From an uncultured Acidobacteriota bacterium (lineage in GTDB: Bacteria > Acidobacteriota > Vicinamibacteria > Vicinamibacterales > 2-12-FULL-66-21), in contig CAWEMY010000019.1 in the NCBI GenBank assembly GCA_963810305.1, positions 140,603 to 204,602 of the forward strand: a DNA stretch of 64,000 bases, read 5' to 3'. The translations under genes and the position numbers were made by a program. Below are positions 37,714 through 48,760 of this stretch, one piece after another. Under the pieces are notes generated by a model that saw nothing but the letters and a program-made list of their open reading frames with translations, did not search any database and was not told the origin of the DNA. The stretch's first letter is position 1. Every line of letters starts with the position of its first letter.

Positions 37714-38088
37714 ATGAAGAAGTGGTTCTTATGCTGTGTCGTAGGTCTGTTGGTGATGGCGCCGGTGTCTGCCCTGGCTCAAGCGGGTGCCGCCCCTGAC
37801 CCGAAGAAAGTCCTGTCCGCCTCGGGGGTTGTCTCAGCCGTCACCGATACGACGGTCACCGTCAAGGGCAAAACCGCTGAATGGACCTTTGCCGTCGATA
37901 AGGATACGAAGGTGATTGGTACCGGCGCCAGCCGTAAGACCAGTGAACTGAAGAGCGAAGACAAGCCCCGCGTCATCTCCGAGTTCATCAAGGTCGGCGA
38001 TACCGTCGCCGTGAAGTACCACGACATGGGTGACTCGAAACATGCGGCGGACATCCGCGTGACAAAGCCGGCACCGGCAGCCAAGTAA
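37714..38088 (+). CDS. small secreted hypothetical protein
   Basis: ATG after GGGAGG. Signal peptide 'KKWFLCCVVGLLVMAPVSALA'. The ORF opens at 37690. Confidence 0.5.
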   Translation: MKKWFLCCVVGLLVMAPVSALAQAGAAPDPKKVLSASGVVSAVTDTTVTVKGKTAEWTFAVDKDTKVIGTGASRKTSELKSEDKPRVISEFIKVGDTVAVKYHDMGDSKHAADIRVTKPAPAAK

Positions 38089-38158
38089 CCTGCCGAGCTT
38101 CAGCGACCTAGCCGGAGAGCTGGCTCGTGTCGGGCGCCGCCTCGACGCTCGAGGATGG

Positions 38159-38734
38159 GTGCTCGGCACGAGCGGTAACTTCAGCGTCGTCCTCGGCCGC
38201 GACCCTCTGCGTCTCGCGATCACACCGAGTGGGGCGTTCAAGGGACAACTCACGCCTGACGACCTCCTGGAGATCGACGAACATGCCGCCGTCGTGAACG
38301 GTCGTCCGGGGAAACCATCGAACGAGGTACGGCTCCATCTGGAGATTGTGCGCGAGCGCGGGGCTGGTGCGGTGCTTCACACGCATTCGGTGTGGAGCAC
38401 CATACTCTCCGATCGGCATGGGTCGGACGGCGGCGTGGCGATCGAGGGCTACGAGATGCTGAAGGGTCTCGAAGGCATCACCACGCACGAGCACCGCGAG
38501 TGGATCCCGATCCTCGGCAACGATCAGAACATGGAGCGGCTGGCCGCCGGGGTGCGCCGAGCCTTAGTGGCTGAGCCCGCCTGTCACGCCTTCCTTCTCG
38601 AGCGCCACGGGTTGTACACTTGGGGCCAGACCCTTCCGCAGGCAGCCCGCCATATCGAGATTCTGGAATTCCTGCTCGAGGCGGTTGGAAGGGCACGAGG
38701 CACCAGCCATGGCGATCATCAAGATACCCGCTGA
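38159..38734 (+). CDS. mtnB: methylthioribulose-1-phosphate dehydratase
   Basis: 'GTSGNFSV', 'ITPSG..KG.L' and 'HTHS' are class II aldolase/MtnB motifs. Conserved sequence continues in frame upstream of the GTG at 38159, back to a CTG at 38090. Confidence 0.8.
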   Translation: MLGTSGNFSVVLGRDPLRLAITPSGAFKGQLTPDDLLEIDEHAAVVNGRPGKPSNEVRLHLEIVRERGAGAVLHTHSVWSTILSDRHGSDGGVAIEGYEMLKGLEGITTHEHREWIPILGNDQNMERLAAGVRRALVAEPACHAFLLERHGLYTWGQTLPQAARHIEILEFLLEAVGRARGTSHGDHQDTR

Positions 38735-39257
38735 AAACAGAACGCTCACCGATGATGGAACGGTGCGCGCGTTTCTTGCCGCTCGAGGGATCGATTACGA
38801 GCGCTGGACACCGAAGCACCCCGTCGGCGCCGACGCGTCCGCGGACGAAGTCCTCGCGGCGTACGCGCCCGAAATCGATTCTCTGAAGGCGCGCGGCGGC
38901 TATGTCACCGCCGATGTGATCGACGTGAAACCGGACACGCCGAACCTCGACGTGATGCTCGCGAAGTTCAACCGCGAGCACTGGCATGACGAAGACGAGG
39001 TGCGCTTCATCATCGAAGGCCGAGGCCTGTTCCACGTCCATCCGTCCGGAGGTTCGGTCTTCGCTATCGAGGTCGAGGCCGGTGACTTGATCCGTGTGCC
39101 GCGAGGCACGCACCACTGGTTCGACCTGTGCGGAGAGCGCCGGATCCGCGCGATCCGGCTATTTCAGGACACCTCGGGCTGGACGCCGCACTATACCGAA
39201 AGTGGCGTGGACCAGAGCTTTCAACCGGTCTGCTTCGGTCCGTCATATCTGATGTGA
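38709..39257 (+). CDS. mtnD: acireductone dioxygenase
   Basis: 'EHWHDEDEVRFIIEGRGLF.V' and 'HHWFD' are ARD cupin motifs. The ATG at 38709 is preferred over the TTG at 38685. Confidence 0.85.
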   Translation: MAIIKIPAENRTLTDDGTVRAFLAARGIDYERWTPKHPVGADASADEVLAAYAPEIDSLKARGGYVTADVIDVKPDTPNLDVMLAKFNREHWHDEDEVRFIIEGRGLFHVHPSGGSVFAIEVEAGDLIRVPRGTHHWFDLCGERRIRAIRLFQDTSGWTPHYTESGVDQSFQPVCFGPSYLM

Positions 39258-39880
39258 ACGGCGGAGTCCGCGCGATTCTTCTGGACGTCGAAGGCACGAC
39301 AACGCCGATCACCTTCGTCTACCAGACGCTTTTCCCGTACGCGCGACAAAAACTGAAGACCTACCTCGAGGCACACGGGCGTCTCCCTGAGTACCAGACC
39401 TTCGTCGATCTCATGGACCAGGACAGCAAGTCCACGGCTCTGAAAGACGTGCAGGGGCAGATCTGGGAGGAAGGGTATGCCAACGGGGAACTGGTCGGCG
39501 AAGTCTTCGAGGAGGTCGCGCCAGCATTGAAGCGCTGGCGCGCGCGCGGGATCGACGTCGGCATCTTCTCGTCTGGCAGTGTGCTGGCGCAGAAGCTGCT
39601 CTTCCGACATTCGTCAGCCGGCGATCTCACTCCCCTTCTCCGCTGGCATTTCGATACGACGGTCGGTCCCAAGACTGATCCGGAGAGCTATCGGCGCATC
39701 GCCTCGTCCATTGGAGTGTCGCCCTCGGACGTCCTCTTCATATCGGACGTTGTACGCGAACTCGACGCCGCGCGAACCGCCGGCGTGGATACAGCCCTGT
39801 GTGTCAGGCCCGGCAACTCAGATCCGCCGGACGGTCATATCCACTCCACCATCCACACCTTCCACGACCTGGCGATCTGA
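39254..39880 (+). CDS. mtnC: enolase-phosphatase E1
   Basis: 'ILLDVEGTTTPITFV...LFPY' is the MtnC N-terminus, with HAD motifs downstream. The GTG start overlaps the mtnD stop (GTGA). The ORF opens at 39128. Confidence 0.8.
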   Translation: MNGGVRAILLDVEGTTTPITFVYQTLFPYARQKLKTYLEAHGRLPEYQTFVDLMDQDSKSTALKDVQGQIWEEGYANGELVGEVFEEVAPALKRWRARGIDVGIFSSGSVLAQKLLFRHSSAGDLTPLLRWHFDTTVGPKTDPESYRRIASSIGVSPSDVLFISDVVRELDAARTAGVDTALCVRPGNSDPPDGHIHSTIHTFHDLAI

Positions 39881-39901
39881 CGACGCGCTGCCAGCCGAAT
39901 C

Positions 39902-41293
39902 TCAGTGGCCGCCGCCCTCGCCCGATAGCGCCTTGACGACTTCTCCAAGCGCCGCCTTGGCATCGCCGAACAGCATCAACGTGTTGTCCATGTAATAGAG
40001 CTCGTTGTCGATCCCGGCAAAGCCCGGGTTCATCGAACGCTTGTTGGCGATCACGAACTTCGCCTTGTCCGCGTCGATGATCGGCATGCCGTAGATGGGA
40101 CTCTTCGCGTCGTGCCGGGCGGCCGGGTTGACGACGTCGTTGGCGCCGATGACGAGGACGACGTCGGTCTGCGGAAGGTCGTGGTTGATGTCGTCCATCT
40201 CGACCAGCGAATCGTAGGGAATCTCAGCCTCGGCCAGGAGCACGTTCATGTGCCCGGGCATTCGGCCAGCGACAGGGTGAATCGCGAATTTGACGTCGAT
40301 CCCCTTCTTGGTGAGCGCGTCGTAGATCTCGCGGACGCGGTGCTGCGCCTGCGAGACAGCCATGCCGTAACCAGGAACAATGACCACGCGCTCGGCGTTC
40401 CCGAGCAGGTCCGCCACGTCCTGTGGGGTCCCACTCTTCGCGGTCTTCGCTTCCCCTGCGGCGGCTGACGTCTGCACCTGCCCGAACGCGCCGAAGAGGA
40501 CGTTGGTGAATGACCGATTCATCGCACGGCACATGATGATCGACAGGATCAGACCGGACGATCCGTCGAGTGCACCGGCGATGATCAGGACCTTGTTCTC
40601 CAGAACGAAGCCCATCGCCACCGCGGACAGACCCGCGTATGCGTTGAGGAGCGAGATCACGGTCGGCATGTCGGCGCCGCCGATCGGCACGACGAGCAGC
40701 ACGCCGAAGGCCAGTGACAAGACAACGATCAACGGAAACAACGGCCAAAGGTCCGGACGATACATGAGCGCGATGCCGGAAATCACGGCGATCCCGAGTA
40801 ACGAGAGATTGATGACGTTCTGGCCCGGGTAGGTGATGGGCCGGGTCGGAATGATCTCCTGCAGTTTGCCGGCCGCCATGAGACTACCGGTGAAGGTCAG
40901 ATAGCCGAGGATCACTTCGACGGTTATCGCAGCGGTTCTGAACGTCGTCAGGTGTCCTTCCTGAAACCAGAGGATGTACTTCGCGGTACCGACGAGGCCC
41001 GCCGCCAGGCCGCCGAAGGCGTGGGACAGTGCCGTCCGCTGCGGCACCGCCGTCAGCGGCACGCGCGACAACGGAACGCCGATGATCGTGCCCGCGACTA
41101 CCGCGAGAGCAATCCACTTGAAGGTGACGATCTCCGGATGGAGGAGCGTGCCGCCAACTGCGGCCGCCATCCCGAGGACGCCGGCGGCAAGGCCGCGTCG
41201 CGCTGTCTTGGGATGGCTCAGCCACCGTAGCGACAGGATGAAGAGAGCGGCGGAGAGCAGGTAACTCGCTTGTGTCAGATGCTCGGCGATCAT
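39902..41293 (-). CDS. pntB: NAD(P) transhydrogenase subunit beta
   Basis: 463 aa with multiple TM segments, then the dIII domain ('VIVPGYGMAVSQAQH', 'AIHPVAGRMPGHMNVLLAEA'). Confidence 0.95.
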   Translation of the reverse strand: MIAEHLTQASYLLSAALFILSLRWLSHPKTARRGLAAGVLGMAAAVGGTLLHPEIVTFKWIALAVVAGTIIGVPLSRVPLTAVPQRTALSHAFGGLAAGLVGTAKYILWFQEGHLTTFRTAAITVEVILGYLTFTGSLMAAGKLQEIIPTRPITYPGQNVINLSLLGIAVISGIALMYRPDLWPLFPLIVVLSLAFGVLLVVPIGGADMPTVISLLNAYAGLSAVAMGFVLENKVLIIAGALDGSSGLILSIIMCRAMNRSFTNVLFGAFGQVQTSAAAGEAKTAKSGTPQDVADLLGNAERVVIVPGYGMAVSQAQHRVREIYDALTKKGIDVKFAIHPVAGRMPGHMNVLLAEAEIPYDSLVEMDDINHDLPQTDVVLVIGANDVVNPAARHDAKSPIYGMPIIDADKAKFVIANKRSMNPGFAGIDNELYYMDNTLMLFGDAKAALGEVVKALSGEGGGH

Positions 41294-41574
41294 GCGTGCG
41301 GCTCCTGCCTGGGAGCGCGCTCGCGGAACATCTTGAGCATGCGGTCGGTGATCAGGAAGCCGCTGACGATGTTGGTGACGGATGCGGCGACGGCGATGAC
41401 GCCCAGCACCGTCGAGAGCGTCGTCTTCTGCTCACCGGCGATGATGATGGAGCCGACCACCGCGATGGCGGAGATGGCGTTCGTGAGCGACATGAGCGGT
41501 GTGTGCAGCAGCCGGGATACTCCCTGAATCACCTGCAGCCCGATGAATGTCGCCAGCACCAGCACGAACGCCAT
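41290..41574 (-). CDS. pntA: NAD(P) transhydrogenase subunit alpha part 2
   Basis: Small membrane protein with 'HTPLMSLTNAISAI'. Its stop overlaps the pntB start. The ORF opens at 41640, inside the REP array. Confidence 0.85.
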   Translation of the reverse strand: MAFVLVLATFIGLQVIQGVSRLLHTPLMSLTNAISAIAVVGSIIIAGEQKTTLSTVLGVIAVAASVTNIVSGFLITDRMLKMFRERAPRQEPHA

Positions 41575-41616
41575 CGACCAGAGATCGATCGCAGCCACCG
41601 TCACTCTCCTCTCTTG

Positions 41617-41753
41617 CAGCCCTAAAGGGCTGGACATCATTACGACGACGCGATGCGACAGCCCGTAGTCGCAGCCCTTCAGGGCTGCATTACGACGACG
41701 CGATGCGACAGCCGTAGTCCAGCCCTTTAGGGCTGCATCACGACGACGTCGCG
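41617..41753. repeat. REP-like cluster C (3 palindromes, ~45-bp period with repeated spacer 'attacgacgacgcgatgcgacagcc')
   Basis: Read directly from the sequence. Same palindrome core as clusters A, B and D. Confidence 0.9.
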
Positions 41754-41819
41754 TTTTCGGTGCGCGAAGTGTATCAGGGTAGAATCGCCACTTGCCAGCA
41801 TCGGAGGAGACTGAATCGA

Positions 41820-43100
41820 ATGGCTCATTCAGAGGTTGAACGGGCGCCGCGGCGGCGCGGCTTCACGCTCACCCAGCAGATTTTCATAGGCCTCGCACTC
41901 GGGATCCTCGCCGGATGGCTCGTGCAGCGGTTCCACCCCGAATGGGCGATCTACTTCCGTCCGTTCAGCCAGTTATTCCTGCGGCTGATCAAGATGATCA
42001 TCGCGCCGCTGATTTTTGCGACACTCGTCGCCGGGATCGCCGGGGCCGGCCACTTCAAGGTCGTCGGGCGGATGGGTCTCAGGGCCATCATCTACTTCGA
42101 GATCGTGACGACGATCGCGCTTGTGATCGGCCTGCTCGCGGTCAACATCACCAGGCCGGGCGACGGCGTCAACCTGCCGATGGGGCAGGGCTCCGAAGTC
42201 ACCGCCAAGGCGCAGACCTGGGACCAGATCCTCCTCCACGTCGTCCCCGAGTCGGTTTTCGACGCGATGGCCAAAGGTGACGTCCTTCAGATCGTCGTCT
42301 TCAGCGTTCTCTTCGGGATCGCGTTGGGCATGATTGGCGAAAAAGGGCGCCCGGTCGTCGTCTGGTGCGAAGGGGTCGCCGAGACGATGTTCAAGTTCAC
42401 GAACATCGTCATGCACTACGCGCCAATAGGCGTTGGGGCCGCCATCGCCTACACGGTCGGCCATGGAGGTCTGGGCGTCCTCTACAACCTCGCCTGGCTC
42501 GTCGCCACGCTGTACATGGCGCTTGCGGTGCTGATCCTGGCGGTGTTCCTGCCGATCGCGCTCATGTTCAAGGTCCCGATCCGCAAGTTCCTCAAGGCGG
42601 TGAAGGAGCCGGCGATCATCGCGTTCTCGACGACGTCGAGCGAGGCGGCCCTGCCACGCGCCATGGAAGTCCTCGAGCGCCTGGGCGTCCCACGCCGGAT
42701 CGTGTCGTTCGTTCTGCCGCTCGGCTACAGCTTCAACCTCGATGGCACGACGCTGTATCTGTCGCTGGCGGCGGTCTTCGTGGCGCAGGCCGCTGGCGTC
42801 GAGCTGACCGTGGGACAGCAGATCACGATGCTGCTCACGCTGATGCTGACGAGCAAAGGGGTCGCCGGTGTTCCTCGCGCGTCACTGGTGATCCTCGCCG
42901 GAACGCTCGCCAGCTACGGCCTCCCCCTGGAAGGCGTGACGCTGATTCTTGGCGTCGACGAGCTGATGGACATGGCCAGGACGATGACCAACGTTATCGG
43001 CAACTGCCTGGCCACCGTCGTCATTGCGAAATGGGAAGGTGAGTTCGTGGAAGCGAGCGATGATGACCTCGCGATCGCTGCCGCTCGAGGCGAGATCTAG
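41820..43100 (+). CDS. dicarboxylate/amino acid:cation symporter (DAACS family)
   Basis: 'MIIAPLIF..LV.GIAG', 'SSEAALP' and 'NLDGTTLY' are typical of GltP/DctA-type carriers. ATG at 41820 after GGAGGAG. Confidence 0.9.
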   Translation: MAHSEVERAPRRRGFTLTQQIFIGLALGILAGWLVQRFHPEWAIYFRPFSQLFLRLIKMIIAPLIFATLVAGIAGAGHFKVVGRMGLRAIIYFEIVTTIALVIGLLAVNITRPGDGVNLPMGQGSEVTAKAQTWDQILLHVVPESVFDAMAKGDVLQIVVFSVLFGIALGMIGEKGRPVVVWCEGVAETMFKFTNIVMHYAPIGVGAAIAYTVGHGGLGVLYNLAWLVATLYMALAVLILAVFLPIALMFKVPIRKFLKAVKEPAIIAFSTTSSEAALPRAMEVLERLGVPRRIVSFVLPLGYSFNLDGTTLYLSLAAVFVAQAAGVELTVGQQITMLLTLMLTSKGVAGVPRASLVILAGTLASYGLPLEGVTLILGVDELMDMARTMTNVIGNCLATVVIAKWEGEFVEASDDDLAIAAARGEI

Positions 43101-44865
43101 CTGCCCCGGACCCGCTCCTTCGCATCTTTGACTGCCTGAGAGAGCGCTGCACTCGGGGCTGGCCGTCGGCAGCCGCTCGACGCTGTCGAGGGCGTGTGAG
43201 TACCACGCCTTCCATGCGGCGATGACCTGCTGCTCGACCCGTTCCGCGGCGGCTTTGTCCGGCGCCTTTGCGACCAGCCCGCCTCCCTGCTTTCGCTCCA
43301 GCGCCAATCGCGCCTCTGACGCGCGCTCAATCAGCGCAACTACACTCATCGCATCTTCGGCGGAGGCGGAGGCCAGGAAATACGCCGATGTCCCGACCAG
43401 TGCGGCGACGTTCTCCATTTCGGCGGCGCTCACCTTGTCGAGGGTGTCCTGATTCGTATGGTAGAAGCGGTCGGTGAAATGCCAGTTGAGAAGAGACGGC
43501 ACACCCGCTGACGCGAAGGTCGTGTGATCGCTGCCCCCCTCGTACGGGTTCGTGCGGACGACCCAGCCGGTATCGCGGGCGCGACGATTCGCGACCGCGA
43601 TGTGCAGATCGTTGAGCAGGCTGCCTTTTAGTGTCTCGAGCTTGACCTCACCGGCACCCCATTCGCTATGCGGGTCCGACGGACGCTTCCAGACGGCGGA
43701 CGGATCCGCTTCCTTCTCGATCAGAAACGTGCCCCCGGTCTTCGCCGTGTCTTCTCCGGTCATGTCCATGGAAAACATGTACTGGACGCCGCGAGCCTCG
43801 TCCGTCCTCGACGCGATCCACTGCCGGCTTCCGGTGATCTCGTCCCCCCAGAGAAACGTGAGAGTCCGCTCCGGCGGCGGCAAAGCCCCTCGCGAAACTG
43901 CGTCGGCTATGGCCTTGGCGATGCCAAGGAGGGTCGCGCATCCGCTGGCGTCGTCGTTCGCACCGGGCTCCTGAACGTGTGCGACCATCACGATCCGCTC
44001 ATTCGGCCTCGTGCGTCCCGGGATTTCAGCCACGAGCGTACGGTTGGGACCCGCATACGAGCGGGCCTCGATTGCCACGCGAACGGCCCCAGCGGGGTTC
44101 CGGGCAAGCGCCGCTCGCAACCGCGATGCCGCACGCCAGCTGGCTTTGAAACCGAACGAACTCAATTTGGCGTCGTACGGAATGGCCCCCCATTGCAGGA
44201 CGTCGCGCTGCTCGTCCGACATTGCTGCCGGATCCGAGGGGCGGATGTACCCGGCAATCTCCGTGGAGACGACTCCGGCCGCGCCGCGCGAGCGCACGGC
44301 CTGCTGCCACAGGCGTCCGATGGCTGCGTCGCCAAGGACGACGGCTCCCTTGACGTCCTTGCCGGCATAATCTCCCTCGTTCGCGCCGGCGCCGACGTCC
44401 ACCAGGCGAAGCCGGACGCCGCTCCCAGGGCTCGTCGAAAATGAGTTGATCGCCAGCGATACGCGATCCTGTTCGCGCGAAAGCACAGGGACGGGATCTC
44501 CCTCGATCCAGACCGTGCCGGTCAGGTAATCCCAACCCGCCTGCCCTTTCGGGAACTCGTCGACACGGATGAACGGTGCGGAGGTGCTGGCGATTGATTG
44601 AAAACCGCTCTTCGTCAGCTGGTCGCGGATATGGTCGATCGAGGCGTTGAATCCCGGATTGGCAGCGATCCGCCAGAACTGCTGCATGAATGCGACGGTC
44701 TCCATGGCCGCGGCCCGATCGAATCGCGTCGCCAGTGCCGCGTACGCCCGTTCCGCGCCAGGCGGCAGTGACGGGTCTTGCGGCGTGACTGATGGAGCCA
44801 GCCGGGCGTCCCCAGGTGGCAACGAGCGTCGCCAGGCAGAGCAGCGTCCAGGCCCTGCCGCTCAT
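43097..44865 (-). CDS. secreted M28-family metallopeptidase (PA-domain type); reading frame broken near both ends in this sequence
   Basis: The main body is ORF 42882-44822 ('HVQEPGANDDASG', 'SMDMTGED', 'GGSDHTTF'). A signal peptide 'MSGRAWTLLCLATLVATW' lies in another frame, starting at the ATG at 44865 (ATGA overlap with the HIRAN stop). A clean C-terminus '...SAALSQAVKDAKERVRGS*' lies in a third frame, ending at 43097. Confidence 0.75.
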
Positions 44866-45203
44866 GAGCCCGTTGCAGCAGGCAGGCACGAAACGTCCAG
44901 CAGTAGCTCGACTCCGGACGTGGCGTGATCCGACGGCAGCGCGCGGCGTCCCTGGCAGGTAATCGGAGTGGCGGATGCCTTGAGAGTCTCGAAGATGTCG
45001 GAAGCGATTTCGGGGGCGATGTAACCGACCTTGTTGCCGTTCACGACAACCGCTATGGCGTGGCGAAAATAGCGATTGTCGGGTTCCGGGACCAAGGTGG
45101 CCGAGAAGGACGCTGGAAGTTGCCGGACCCTGTCGATATAACCGAGGCTCCCGACAATCGGAATCCTGGGGTCAGATCTTGTTTCTTGCACGTTTGTCCT
45201 CAA
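44862..45203 (-). CDS. standalone HIRAN-domain protein
   Basis: 113 aa. 'IVGSLGY...ATLVPEPDNRYFRHAIAVVVNGNKVGYIAPEIA' follows the HIRAN pattern (hh.EP.N.yd..AI.V...g..iGYi..e.A). TTG or GTG start lies inside the hairpin arm. Confidence 0.55.
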   Translation of the reverse strand: MRTNVQETRSDPRIPIVGSLGYIDRVRQLPASFSATLVPEPDNRYFRHAIAVVVNGNKVGYIAPEIASDIFETLKASATPITCQGRRALPSDHATSGVELLLDVSCLPAATGS

Positions 45204-45255
45204 TCAGCAACGTTCCACAAAGTGGACAAACGTGCAAGAAACAAGATCTGACCCC
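45168..45255. repeat. 88-bp perfect hairpin: 32-bp inverted repeat with a 24-nt loop
   Basis: 45168-45199 GGGGTCAGATCTTGTTTCTTGCACGTTTGTCC, and 45224-45255 is its exact reverse complement. Checked base by base. Confidence 0.95.
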
Positions 45256-45258
45256 CTC

Positions 45259-45816
45259 CTACAGCTTCGGCAGCGTGACTTCGAGCTGGCCGAGGTACTT
45301 CCCCTTCTTGTCGGCGTAGGAGACCTCGCACTGCTCGTCGCTCTGGAAGAACAGCACCTGCGCGATGCCTTCATTCGCGTAGACCTTGGCGGGCAGCGGG
45401 GTGGTGTTGGAGATCTCCAGCGTCGCGGTCCCCTCCCATTCGGGCTCGAACGGCGTGACGTTGACGATGATCCCGCAGCGCGCGTAGGTTGACTTCCCGA
45501 GGCATACCGTGAGGACATCGCGCGGGATCCGGAAGTACTCCACCGTCCGCGCCAGCGCAAACGAATTCGGCGGGACGATGATCGTGTCGGCCTTGATGTC
45601 GACGAACGAACGCGGATCGAAGTTCTTCGGGTCGATCAGCGCGTTGTTCACGTTGGTGAACACCTTGAACTCGTCGGCCACACGGATGTCGTAACCGTAG
45701 GACGACAAGCCGTAGGAGATGACGCCGGAGCGCACCTGCCGCGCCTCGAACGGCTCGATCATCTGGTGCTCGAGCGCCATCCGCCGGATCCATTTGTCGG
45801 ACTTGATCGCCATCAA
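45259..45816 (-). CDS. dcd: dCTP deaminase
   Basis: 185 aa. 'SDKWIRRMA...MIEPF', 'SSYGYDIR' and 'GTATLEISN' are canonical Dcd motifs. Confidence 0.95.
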   Translation of the reverse strand: MMAIKSDKWIRRMALEHQMIEPFEARQVRSGVISYGLSSYGYDIRVADEFKVFTNVNNALIDPKNFDPRSFVDIKADTIIVPPNSFALARTVEYFRIPRDVLTVCLGKSTYARCGIIVNVTPFEPEWEGTATLEISNTTPLPAKVYANEGIAQVLFFQSDEQCEVSYADKKGKYLGQLEVTLPKL

Positions 45817-45869
45817 AACAACTCCTAACGCCTAACGCCTAACGCACTAAACCGGAGTTCGCGCAGCGC

Positions 45870-46064
45870 TCACCGTCGCAGAAAGAAAAACACGAGAGTC
45901 AGAATAATGCTCGCGAGGATCGATGTCGTGAGCGGAAAGTAGAACCCGAAATTGCCGCGCCGGTAGGAAATGTCCCCGGGAAGCCGGCCGATCGGAAGCC
46001 CCATGGAGATCAACACGCCGACGGTCGCGATGAGCAGGCCGACGACGATCAGAAGCTTGCCCAA
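45870..46064 (-). CDS. DUF2905-family small membrane protein
   Basis: 64 aa. 'GRLPGDISYRRGNFGFYFPLTTSIL' is the typical pattern. Confidence 0.8.
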   Translation of the reverse strand: MGKLLIVVGLLIATVGVLISMGLPIGRLPGDISYRRGNFGFYFPLTTSILASIILTLVFFFLRR

Positions 46065-46070
46065 TCGTCC

Positions 46071-46487
46071 CTACCGCGCGAATTCGACACCCGGGAAGAA
46101 GTAGCCCAGCTCGAACGCGGCGGTCTCCGGCGCATCCGAGCCGTGCGTGGCGTTGTTTTCGATCGACGCTCCGAATTCCTTGCGCAGCGTGCCGGCGTCC
46201 GCCTTTGCCGGGTCGGTCGCCCCCATCAGCGTCCGCCACTTCTGGATCGCGTTATCCGCCTCGAGCGCCATGACGATGGCCGGCCCGGACGACATGAATT
46301 TCGTGAGACTCGCGAAAAATGGCCGCTCGCGGTGAACCGCGTAGAAACCCTCCGCCTCGGACTGCGTCAGGGATACCATCCGCATGGCACGAATGGTGAA
46401 TCCTTCCCGCTCGATGCGCTGAATGATGCTGCCGGCGTGACGCGCCTTGACGGCGTCCGGCTTGATGATCGCAAATGTACGTTGCAT
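46071..46487 (-). CDS. ndk: nucleoside-diphosphate kinase
   Basis: '[11 protein letters not shown]' and 'NATHGSD' (active-site His). Confidence 0.95.
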   Translation of the reverse strand: MQRTFAIIKPDAVKARHAGSIIQRIEREGFTIRAMRMVSLTQSEAEGFYAVHRERPFFASLTKFMSSGPAIVMALEADNAIQKWRTLMGATDPAKADAGTLRKEFGASIENNATHGSDAPETAAFELGYFFPGVEFAR

Positions 46488-46522
46488 AAGCTCTTCGAAT
46501 TATGGCAGAAAAGAAACCGGCG

Positions 46523-48754
<2,232 letters not shown>

Positions 48755-48760
48755 GATCGT

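Noticed and set aside
41617-41753. Regularly spaced repeats that could be mistaken for a small CRISPR array (also at 1811-1897 and 14461-14548).
   Set aside because: The repeats are short palindromes of a dispersed REP-like family. The 'spacers' are about 25 nt and are themselves repeated (identical between units). No cas genes or leader are present.
42882-43096. The C-terminal 72 codons of the M28 ORF, overlapping the symporter gene antisense.
   Set aside because: Junk-like composition. A one-base correction yields a natural stop at 43097. Treated as a run-on caused by the frame break.
45259-45816. dcd as an anti-phage dCTP-deaminase defence gene, next to the hairpin and the HIRAN gene.
   Set aside because: It is a 185-aa canonical housekeeping Dcd with no extra N-terminal kinase-like domain, and it sits in a conserved ndk-dcd context.
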